Virus record (IMG/VR): IMGVR_UViG_3300044630_004000 | Location: 1 to 27,062 of that record | From: a virus | Lineage: Duplodnaviria; Caudoviricetes | Length of the DNA stretch: 27,062 nt | Direction: 5' to 3' (one strand) | Shown: piece by piece, positions 19,597 through 27,062 of the stretch | How the letters are laid out: every line of letters starts with the position of its first letter | Numbering within the stretch: the stretch's first letter is position 1 | Position numbers and translations under genes: made by a program | Notes under the pieces: generated by a model | Databases searched by the model: none | What the model saw: only the letters and a program-made list of their open reading frames with translations | Told to the model about the DNA's origin: nothing

Positions 19597-20108
19597 TGAT
19601 AATTTTTAATCATATATCCCCTGCTTGGAATATCGATGATTTCAAAAGTTTAAACTATAAACGTGCCGAATACCGAGGATCGGATTTACTCAAGAAATAT
19701 GTAGATGCAGGACATTCTATCGAGTCCTTAACACTTTATAATTATTTTGAACCAAATCCTATGCCAGCAGGTGTGTATGAAAATATCAAACCTTGTTTTC
19801 AGTACTTAAAAAACATAAGCATTGCAATCAACCTTTTCAATCCAGGCCAGTTTATTCCAAAACACAGTGATAGATATGATAGATATAGAGAACTTCATAA
19901 TTTAAATTTCGATTACAATATTATAAGAATAGTTGTGATGTTAGAAGATGGTATAGAAGGACAAATATTAGAAATAGAAAATAAAGTATATTCGTTCTGG
20001 AAAGCAGGTGATTGTTTTGGGTGGACAGGCCATACACCTCATGCATTTTACAATTTTAGTACTCAAAAGAGATATGCTATGCAGATAACTGGAGTATTAG
20101 GTGAGTAG
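19596..20108 (+). CDS. Fe(II)-dependent cupin oxygenase (paralogue of 17078..17665)
   Basis: The ATG at 19596 (TAATG overlap) is preferred over 19542. PGQFIPKHSD (HxD) and WKAGDCFGW...PHAFYN...MQITG. Confidence 0.7.
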   Translation: MIIFNHISPAWNIDDFKSLNYKRAEYRGSDLLKKYVDAGHSIESLTLYNYFEPNPMPAGVYENIKPCFQYLKNISIAINLFNPGQFIPKHSDRYDRYRELHNLNFDYNIIRIVVMLEDGIEGQILEIENKVYSFWKAGDCFGWTGHTPHAFYNFSTQKRYAMQITGVLGE

Positions 20109-21009
20109 GTTATTTGTTTTTGGTTGTAGTTTTACAAACTACGATTGGCCAACGTGGGCAGATCTTTTATCTCTTGAGTTCGAAGAATATCAAAATTGGG
20201 GATTACCAGGGATAGGTAATAGAGCTATAGCAGAAAGATTATCAGAATGTCATGCACGTAATGTTATAAACAAAGATGATGTTGTCATAATACAATGGTC
20301 AAGCCATATACGTAATGATTGGTACAAAGACACCTTCAACAAAAAAGAAAATGCAATAGATGGGTGGGCTGTTTATCACGATTCAAGTTTTTACAATAAA
20401 AATAAAAAACATGCAAATGCATTATTTTCAGAACGAGGGTTTGTACTCCATACTCTGAATATGATAATATTAGCTCAAGAACTGCTTAAATCAGCTGGCT
20501 GCACGTGGCTTATGACTAGCTTGGGGGATATTAGAAATTTAGGATATGACACAGTATTTTCTAAACGAGAACACATAGGAGTGTCAGATCAGTCAGCAAT
20601 TGAAATAATTAAAAATTCTGAAGAATGGCCTATTTGGAAACTATTTCCTGAATTCAGAATTTATGAAAAACATATATGGGAAAATTCTAAATGGGTCGAT
20701 CCGTTATTTGAGTTTGTAAAATTAAATAAAAATGATATATGGACATTCGAAAAAGACAATTATGTAGATTTGCATCCTACTCCTTATATGCACAATTTAT
20801 GGTTAAATGAGAAGTTGAAACCATTACTCGATATCGTGTATAATCATGACTCTTCTAGAAGTTTTATAATTGAAAAATTTAAAAAACTTAAACACAGTGG
20901 AAAATACTCTTCCGAAGAATTTTTTACATTATCTAATATTTTAATGAAAAAAATACAAGAAGATAAACTAATAACTTTACAAGATAAAAGTATAACAATC
21001 GGATTTTAA
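20101..21009 (+). CDS. SGNH/GDSL-fold hydrolase or acyltransferase-like protein
   Basis: GTG start. FGCSFT (block I Ser), GLPGIGN (block II) and DLHP (block V DxH). Confidence 0.65.
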   Translation: MSRLFVFGCSFTNYDWPTWADLLSLEFEEYQNWGLPGIGNRAIAERLSECHARNVINKDDVVIIQWSSHIRNDWYKDTFNKKENAIDGWAVYHDSSFYNKNKKHANALFSERGFVLHTLNMIILAQELLKSAGCTWLMTSLGDIRNLGYDTVFSKREHIGVSDQSAIEIIKNSEEWPIWKLFPEFRIYEKHIWENSKWVDPLFEFVKLNKNDIWTFEKDNYVDLHPTPYMHNLWLNEKLKPLLDIVYNHDSSRSFIIEKFKKLKHSGKYSSEEFFTLSNILMKKIQEDKLITLQDKSITIGF

Positions 21010-21723
21010 ATGAGAAAGAAAATAAAATTTAATCCTGTAGATCAACTATCTGAATACACGGTTAATCCGCCAAAACCCGCCTCTGAATACATACCAGATT
21101 GGTATAAAAGTGCAACACCTTTCTACACCAAAAAACCAGAGTTCAACCCAGCGAATGGAAAACCGAATGCTACATTTAAACTGTGTATGCCTTTTTTAGA
21201 TTCTTTTCATATGGGGTACATACAAGAAACATGGTGCGACATCGTTATTGAAAAGAAAGAAGATAAGACTCTTTTTTATTATGCCTCAGGTCCTAAAATA
21301 ATGAGTGAACGCTCAGAACATGTATCAAATTCTTATCCAAAAATTGATGGGTATTTAACGAATCACTTTACTTGGCATCCTCCTTGGTTTCCTGAACTAC
21401 CCCCGGGATATAGTTGTATAATTACTCATCCGTTCAATCATGATCTTTTACCATTTAAAACACTTGCTGGTGTAGTTGATGCAGATGGATTTAAGCAATC
21501 AGAAGCCGGGTCTAATTTGCCATTCCTTTTACAAGAAAATTTCTCTGGACTAATTAAAAAAGGAACACCGATGTATCAAATCATTCCGTTTAAGCGAGAA
21601 TCGTGGCAATCGGAAGCATCGGAACACGACGAAAAAAATCAACTTAAAATTACAATGGCTATTAAACAGTTTATGTATGGTGGCTATAAGAAATTATTTT
21701 GGAATAAAAAGTCTTTTGATTAA
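21010..21723 (+). CDS. Conserved phage hypothetical protein
   Basis: IPDWYK, KLCMPFLD, PPGYS, GVVDAD and IKKGTPMYQIIPFKRE. I recognise this pattern from phage proteins often found near 2OG oxygenases; its function is unknown. Confidence 0.6.
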   Translation: MRKKIKFNPVDQLSEYTVNPPKPASEYIPDWYKSATPFYTKKPEFNPANGKPNATFKLCMPFLDSFHMGYIQETWCDIVIEKKEDKTLFYYASGPKIMSERSEHVSNSYPKIDGYLTNHFTWHPPWFPELPPGYSCIITHPFNHDLLPFKTLAGVVDADGFKQSEAGSNLPFLLQENFSGLIKKGTPMYQIIPFKRESWQSEASEHDEKNQLKITMAIKQFMYGGYKKLFWNKKSFD

Positions 21724-22301
21724 GACACATAACTAAACCACCCAGTTACAACAAATTTTTCTTGTGTAAGCGATGGTAGCCCTCTGTGAGTAAAAGTCCA
21801 ATCAGCAGGCCAAATTATAGTTAACCCTTTTTCAGGTTTAATTTTAATATTTTGGTGATAAAATTCTGTTTCACCTTGATCTGTCACATCATTCAAATAA
21901 GTCATAAAAACTAAATGTCTATCTAAATAGCGTTTTCCTGTCCCACGTTCAGTGTGCCAAGAAAAAAATGCTCCGCCAATAGGATAATGTTGTATTTGTA
22001 TATTTTCGACAATAGTCCATGGATCGTAGTAATTACAATAAGGATATTTTGTTATGTATAAGTCGACTGTTTTTTGAAGATATTCTATATATTTTTGTTT
22101 AAGTGCGTTGTCTGATATTATACAATCGATACTATCCTTGGCAGACTTGTCAACGATCTTTTCATTAATATAAAACGATTTTCCTGGTGCTTTATACTCA
22201 GAATTTTTATAATATTCTATCAATTCATCGCATATAGTAATATCAGGATTATACCAACCCGCTAAAAAAAGATTTGTATAATTTATCTTATGCTCATACA
22301 T
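21720..22301 (-). CDS. Fe(II)/2OG dioxygenase, prolyl-4-hydroxylase type
   Basis: QHY..GG.F..WHTE (HxE), FMTYLNDV..GETEF and IWPADWTFTHRG...KFVVTGW. Confidence 0.85.
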   Translation of the reverse strand: MYEHKINYTNLFLAGWYNPDITICDELIEYYKNSEYKAPGKSFYINEKIVDKSAKDSIDCIISDNALKQKYIEYLQKTVDLYITKYPYCNYYDPWTIVENIQIQHYPIGGAFFSWHTERGTGKRYLDRHLVFMTYLNDVTDQGETEFYHQNIKIKPEKGLTIIWPADWTFTHRGLPSLTQEKFVVTGWFSYVS

Positions 22302-22572
22302 TATTTTTAGACTTTCTTTCCCATGAATCTAGCATTTGAGTAATTTTTCTTCGATTGTCTCTTATAGTCTCCCTTAAGATGTTAATCGAATCAGGCAATT
22401 TCGGATTAAAAACCAACTCTTGGTGTTGACTGTCAAGTGTTCTAACTGCATTAACTAGTTGAGACAAGTAGTTATTGAGTTGATCATGCACATTGATATC
22501 TGTTACCGCAGCTATTCTAGTTTTTAATTCATTATATTCTTTTACAAATCTTTCGCTGTTCATAAGTTGCAT
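22294..22572 (-). CDS. Small helical or coiled-coil hypothetical protein
   Basis: GGAGGA RBS on the minus strand (22577-22582), ATG start and an 8-nt overlap with the oxygenase gene. Confidence 0.65.
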   Translation of the reverse strand: MQLMNSERFVKEYNELKTRIAAVTDINVHDQLNNYLSQLVNAVRTLDSQHQELVFNPKLPDSINILRETIRDNRRKITQMLDSWERKSKNNV

Positions 22573-22590
22573 ATAATCCTCCGTTGCGAT

Positions 22591-22598
22591 TATTTATT
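22591..22598 (-). promoter_or_regulatory. Putative late promoter AATAAATA (leftward)
   Basis: TATTTATT on the + strand, upstream of the GGAGGA RBS of the 22572 ORF. Confidence 0.5.
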
Positions 22599-22614
22599 AC
22601 TACTAATATTTTAA

Positions 22615-22622
22615 AATAAATA
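22615..22622 (+). promoter_or_regulatory. Putative late promoter AATAAATA (rightward)
   Basis: Lies 8 nt upstream of the ATG at 22631 with no Shine-Dalgarno in between. Confidence 0.5.
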
Positions 22623-22630
22623 TACCTGAT

Positions 22631-23227
22631 ATGTTTAATACAGTTACTCAATTTGAAGAAACAATAGCTAAGTGGTTTGGTGCTCCGTATGCAGTCGCCA
22701 CAGATTCTTGCACACATGCCATCGAATTATGTCTGCGATTGCACGGTACTAGGGAATCAACTTGTCCTAGTCATACCTATTTGTCAATTCCAATGACTTT
22801 TAGAAAATTAGGTATAAAGTGGAATTGGACCGATGAACTCTGGAAAGATTGGTATCAATTAGGCAATACAGACATTATAGATGCAGCAGTTTTGTGGAAT
22901 GCTAACAGTTACATTGCCGGAAAATTTATGTGTCTAAGTTTTCAACACCAAAAACATCTAAGTCTTGGTCGTGGAGGAATGATTCTACTAAACGATCAAT
23001 ATGCACATAAACATTTGATAAAAATAGCTCACGATGGCCGAGAAAGAGGAGTTCCTTGGGCTGATCAAAATATAAACACTATAGGATTTCATTACTATAT
23101 GACTCCCGAAACAGCACAGCTTGGGCTAGAAAAATTTCCTGAAGCTAAATCTAGGGCGCCGACAAAATGGTCGTATAAAAATTATCCTGATTTAAGAAAA
23201 ATGGATATATTTAAACATGCTTTCTAA
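22631..23227 (+). CDS. Short DegT/DnrJ/EryC1/StrS-family PLP aminotransferase
   Basis: FEETIAKWFGAPYAVATDSCTHAIELCL, IIDAA and CLSFQHQKHLSLGRGGMIL. Only 198 aa. Confidence 0.85.
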   Translation: MFNTVTQFEETIAKWFGAPYAVATDSCTHAIELCLRLHGTRESTCPSHTYLSIPMTFRKLGIKWNWTDELWKDWYQLGNTDIIDAAVLWNANSYIAGKFMCLSFQHQKHLSLGRGGMILLNDQYAHKHLIKIAHDGRERGVPWADQNINTIGFHYYMTPETAQLGLEKFPEAKSRAPTKWSYKNYPDLRKMDIFKHAF

Positions 23228-24203
23228 GAACGAGTGGAGTACACTTAAAAAAGTAATAGTTGGTGTAGCAGACGATGCTACAATTCCACTTGTTGATACT
23301 AGTCTAAGAGTAGTAAATTATGCACACTTCGAAAGCGAATCGTTAATTCCTCAAGGTGCTTACCCTCAACAAGTGATAGACGAAGCGAATGAAGATTTAG
23401 AAATTTTTTGTAATTTTCTAAAGAAAGAAAATGTAGAAGTTATTCGCCCTGACAAAACTGTCAAGCCTTTATATTATAATTATTGTCCAAGAGATAGTGT
23501 ATTAATATATGATGATTTAATATTAGCAACTCCTCAACCATTGCGATCTCGAAAAGATGAGTATCTGGCAATGGATAATATATTCAAAGATTATACGAAA
23601 TTTGGTATCAAATACCTTTCAAAAACAATTAATAGAAATGATGAGTTATACAATACAAATTGTATTGGTAATAAAAATATACTTGCTCTAACAGAAGCCG
23701 AACCCTGTTTTGATGCAGCAAATATTTTACGTGCTAATGACGATCTTTATTATCTCGTGAGTAATAGTGGTAATGAACTAGGAGCAGATTATCTACAAGA
23801 TTTAGTTGGAAATAAAGCAACTGTTCATAAACTAAAAGATATCTATAGTTTTATGCACTTAGATAGTACTATGGCCTTTTTGAGAGAAGGATTAATTTTG
23901 TTAAATCCTAGTCGCATAAAAAGCATTGATCAATTGCCTAAAAAATTACAAACTTGGGATGTAATATGGGCAGCTGAACCTGAAAATATTGGACACTACC
24001 CAGGATACTGCAATGCAAGTCCGTGGTTAAACATAAACTTGTTTAGTGTTAATCCTCGTCTTGTTGCTCTTTTAGACGGTCAACACAATTTAAGAAAACA
24101 ATTAGAAAAGCACGGAATTGACTGTGCTATGCTGCCTGGAAGACAACAAAGAACCTTAGGCGGCGGATTTCATTGTGTTACGTTAGATCTAATCAGAGAA
24201 TAA
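23217..24203 (+). CDS. Amidinotransferase (glycine / inosamine-phosphate amidinotransferase family), copy 2
   Basis: NEWSTLKKVIVG, YCPRD, FDAAN, HLDST and GGGFHCVTLD. Confidence 0.92.
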   Translation: MLSKNEWSTLKKVIVGVADDATIPLVDTSLRVVNYAHFESESLIPQGAYPQQVIDEANEDLEIFCNFLKKENVEVIRPDKTVKPLYYNYCPRDSVLIYDDLILATPQPLRSRKDEYLAMDNIFKDYTKFGIKYLSKTINRNDELYNTNCIGNKNILALTEAEPCFDAANILRANDDLYYLVSNSGNELGADYLQDLVGNKATVHKLKDIYSFMHLDSTMAFLREGLILLNPSRIKSIDQLPKKLQTWDVIWAAEPENIGHYPGYCNASPWLNINLFSVNPRLVALLDGQHNLRKQLEKHGIDCAMLPGRQQRTLGGGFHCVTLDLIRE

Positions 24204-24207
24204 AACT

Positions 24208-24651
24208 TTAAAGACTATCAATAATATCTAACATAGTTTGAATTTTAGTTTGAATTATTTTGTTACGTAGACTTAAATCTAGTGCTTTGTGTAAAGGTTT
24301 AGGCGGCAAATCTAAAGAAAACCACCCCCAACCTAAATGCTCGTCACTTAAATTTGGTATGAATTCTTCTTCTACAACACAAAAAAAAGTATGGAATTGA
24401 AAAAGACTGTCATTACTGACAAATTTTTCTAATGGGATTGTTTTTTTGATATCCGGAATAAATCCTAATTCTTCGTGTATCTCTCTCTGTAATCCCTGCC
24501 AAGCTGTTTCACCGGTTATATTAGTACCGCCGACTAATCCCCAGTGTCCTTTATGCTTACCTTGCTTTTTTTGTAAAAAAATAAACCTGTGAGTACTTTT
24601 AGCACATATCAATGCACCCGAACAGTCTATTTCTACAATTCTAGTCTCCAT
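24208..24651 (-). CDS. NUDIX hydrolase
   Basis: The Nudix box GGTNITGETAWQGLQREIHEELG fits GX5EX7REUXEEXG. Confidence 0.9.
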   Translation of the reverse strand: METRIVEIDCSGALICAKSTHRFIFLQKKQGKHKGHWGLVGGTNITGETAWQGLQREIHEELGFIPDIKKTIPLEKFVSNDSLFQFHTFFCVVEEEFIPNLSDEHLGWGWFSLDLPPKPLHKALDLSLRNKIIQTKIQTMLDIIDSL

Positions 24652-26219
24652 TCGCCTTCTTTATACTCGCCTTCAAAACTTTTAACCCAACTTATACCAT
24701 TCCATTTATACTGTGCTAATGTATATAAATTAGTTTGCCAAATTAATTCTTCAGCAGACTCTCTGGCCGAAAATACTACATGCCAATTCGATCCATCCCA
24801 TTCTATGATATCATTGGCAAATGCTATAAATTCCGAATTGTCAGAGTTTTTCCATGCGTCAGGACCATCGTCATTTAAATTTAGCGTATATGTGATTGTA
24901 GACCCTACAGAAATGACACTGCTCGGAACTATGTAAAAACTGTCATCTTTGTTTAAACTGCTGGCTGCTACTTCTACACCATTCACGTACAAAGAAAATT
25001 CATACACTCGATCAAACTCTATTCCTGTGTTAATTCTAGCCACACGAGCAGTAGCAGCAAAGGTATCTATTATTCCGCCGCCAATATTTTCTAATATTAG
25101 ATATCTTGATCCTGCTATAGGTGTTAACCCACTGTTAGGCCCTGTAGTAGTAGGATCTATAACAGCATCAAATGATCCCCAACTAGCTTGTGCTCTACTA
25201 GGTCCTGCTATTGTATCATTCGTAGGGAAAGTATCTTCGTCCCAATTGGATACCATAATGCTGTTGTCTAAAGGACTTAAACTTATGTAACCTACTACTT
25301 CTGTTCCATCATTTTGATATAGATATACTTTGCTTAATCCTGATCTATATTTTCCAGGATGTTGATCCAATAATTCTAACCAATTTTTATAGATTCCAGA
25401 ACCATCGCCTGTCTTTAATTTAATGTTACTGCCGAGGACTTCTAATTCAAACCCGCTGACGTTTACTTTTTCTACGGCCATTAGGTCAGAAATAAAAGTG
25501 CTACCTGCGTTTTCATCGACTCCGAGTCCTTCAATATATCCACCATCTACTGTTCCTACATTACCAAAAATATTCATTATAATATTAGTAACCACACCAA
25601 GTTTTTTAACTTTAGCCGGAGGAGTTAGATATATTGGTGTTTTTAAATTAATAGTAGCAATATCAATACTAATATTGTTTCCTTGGGGAATAGATCTGCT
25701 ACTAAAAGTTACATCATCAAGTTCTACAACTGTAAGGCTAGTCCAGTCAAGGTAATTATCTGTGCTTTGTATTTCTAAACTTGGATTAAACAGTGTTAAG
25801 ATTTGTTCTAAAATTTGTAACTTTTGTTCAGTGCTACTACTCCATATATCAACTTTAAGACTTAAATTATAAGGAGTAGGCATCAGTCTTTCTACAGTAT
25901 AGTTTGTACCTTGACTACTAGTATAATTATTTCCTTCTATATCTCTTTCTCTTACATGAACTTTGCCTACATAGGTAGCATCACCCAACCTATTTCTATC
26001 TAAATCTAAATCTGCAATGTATACAGCTATTTTAGGAGTACTAGATAATGTGTTTTCACTATTTTGATTTACGATATTAGCAGCTTGTCTATCAGAATCT
26101 CCATAGACAACAGGTACTCTAGCTAAAGTTCCATCGCTGTATTTTACAGTGAAGTTACTTAATAATCTAATAACTTGTATTAAGTATCTTCTTATCTGGC
26201 CGTCATAAAAATGTTGCAT
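24633..26219 (-). CDS. Tail completion / sheath-stabiliser protein (T4 gp15-like N-terminal half) with C-terminal extension
   Basis: FYDGQIRRY, VPVVYG, MPTPYNL and QILEQILTLFNP recall gp15-family motifs. It sits directly downstream of a neck-protein-like gene and has an AGGA RBS. Confidence 0.7.
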   Translation of the reverse strand: MQHFYDGQIRRYLIQVIRLLSNFTVKYSDGTLARVPVVYGDSDRQAANIVNQNSENTLSSTPKIAVYIADLDLDRNRLGDATYVGKVHVRERDIEGNNYTSSQGTNYTVERLMPTPYNLSLKVDIWSSSTEQKLQILEQILTLFNPSLEIQSTDNYLDWTSLTVVELDDVTFSSRSIPQGNNISIDIATINLKTPIYLTPPAKVKKLGVVTNIIMNIFGNVGTVDGGYIEGLGVDENAGSTFISDLMAVEKVNVSGFELEVLGSNIKLKTGDGSGIYKNWLELLDQHPGKYRSGLSKVYLYQNDGTEVVGYISLSPLDNSIMVSNWDEDTFPTNDTIAGPSRAQASWGSFDAVIDPTTTGPNSGLTPIAGSRYLILENIGGGIIDTFAATARVARINTGIEFDRVYEFSLYVNGVEVAASSLNKDDSFYIVPSSVISVGSTITYTLNLNDDGPDAWKNSDNSEFIAFANDIIEWDGSNWHVVFSARESAEELIWQTNLYTLAQYKWNGISWVKSFEGEYKEGEWRLEL

Positions 26220-26227
26220 GTTTTTCC

Positions 26228-27061
26228 TTACAAGTCTGCTCTAGGTTTTAGAGCTTTACTTAAACTCTGACGTTCTGCAATCTCGTCACCTGCCACAGTA
26301 GTTGTGTTAGTGTTATTGATAAATCCTGTTTTTTGAGTATTTCTTGTATCAGTATTAGTTAAAGTATGACGTACAGCATCTTCTCTCTTAACCCAAGTTG
26401 TTCCATTAAATTTGAATAATCTGTTTGGCATGAAATCTGTTCTTAAAAAGTAATCTCCATCGACGGCATTTGCTGGAAATGCGATACCGTGACCAAAATC
26501 AACACCGTTTTCTGGTATACCATCTCCTAAAAGATAACCAGTGTATCCCGATCTCTTAGGACGTTCATGAATTCTACTAACATCTAACCCTGTCATACTA
26601 GCATCTGGTTCTGTTTCGTCTACAGTTTTTAGTGCAGGTCTTCCAGTTGTTTCGTCTACTGCAAGAGTGTAAAACTGTTCAGTTGCATAACCGCTCAGTG
26701 GAGTCTCAGCTTCTGCTTGATTAACAATTGCATCATTAATTTCCAAACTCTTATTATAAGTGCTTAGAATATCTTGAATTGTATTACCGTTATAAACACT
26801 ATAATAACTAGTATTTGGTGGAACATTGCCTGTGGTTGTAGCAGTCACAGTATATAAAATTCCTTGATATTTTACAATTTCGCCTGGATTATATGTCCTA
26901 TTAGGATCGTACTCGCCAGTAAAATTTGCATCCTCGTCAGATGGTCGATTTAAAATATCTGCATATTGTTGAGAATCTGCTATTTTTTTAAGCTTTAATC
27001 TATAAAGATGTGGCCACCACGTTACACTAAATCCTTCAGCGGCTCTGCCGACATCTTCAAT
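26228..27061 (-). CDS. Neck / head-completion protein (T4 gp14-like), 5'-partial
   Basis: The frame stays open to the window end (IEDVGRAAEGFSVTWWPHLYRLK...), so 26848 is not the start. Its position upstream of the gp15-like gene matches T4 gene order. Confidence 0.55.
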   Translation of the reverse strand: MEDVGRAAEGFSVTWWPHLYRLKLKKIADSQQYADILNRPSDEDANFTGEYDPNRTYNPGEIVKYQGILYTVTATTTGNVPPNTSYYSVYNGNTIQDILSTYNKSLEINDAIVNQAEAETPLSGYATEQFYTLAVDETTGRPALKTVDETEPDASMTGLDVSRIHERPKRSGYTGYLLGDGIPENGVDFGHGIAFPANAVDGDYFLRTDFMPNRLFKFNGTTWVKREDAVRHTLTNTDTRNTQKTGFINNTNTTTVAGDEIAERQSLSKALKPRADL

Positions 27062-27062
27062 A

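Larger units (their letters stand above)
1..27062. mobile_element. Segment of a large tailed bacteriophage genome (T4-like structural modules plus an accessory enzyme island)
   Basis: Contains a tail fibre with S74 chaperone, a gp38-like adhesin, gp15-like and gp14-like proteins and late-promoter-like boxes. Gene packing is very dense and no cellular housekeeping genes are seen. Confidence 0.9.

Noticed and set aside
18541-24203. Assigning gene symbols strB/strS (streptomycin pathway) or arginine deiminase
   Set aside because: Only family-level motifs are visible and other streptomycin genes are absent. The motifs fit amidinotransferases better than arginine deiminase, and the substrate cannot be read from sequence.
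26846-26848. ORF-track start of the last minus-strand gene
   Set aside because: The frame remains open to the window edge, so the gene is 5'-partial.
1-27062. tRNA, rRNA, integrase or transposase genes
   Set aside because: No intergenic gap is long enough for a tRNA or rRNA, and no recombinase or transposase motifs were recognised.

Overview
This window looks like part of a large AT-rich tailed-phage genome with T4-like neck and tail genes. Two convergent virion-structural blocks flank it. On the left (+ strand) are a very large, 5'-truncated multi-domain virion protein, a small structural protein, a tail fibre with a C-terminal S74-type intramolecular chaperone and a glycine-rich gp38-like adhesin. 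On the right (- strand) are a neck (gp14-like) protein, a tail-completion (gp15-like) protein and a NUDIX hydrolase. Between and partly inside these blocks lies an ~18 kb, tightly coupled cluster of tailoring enzymes: five radical-SAM proteins, five Fe(II)/2OG-type oxygenases, two amidinotransferases, two PLP enzymes, two glycosyltransferase-like paralogues, an SGNH-fold protein and two cupin-like paralogues. T4 late-promoter-like boxes (TATAAGTA, AATAAATA) sit in the few intergenic gaps. The main hypothesis is a phage-encoded biosynthetic cluster that builds a guanidinylated or glycosylated modification and installs it on the virion, probably on the fibre or adhesin. The large virion protein also carries repeats resembling the bilin-binding CxRD helix of phycobiliproteins. 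All calls come from motif recognition by eye; no searches were run.
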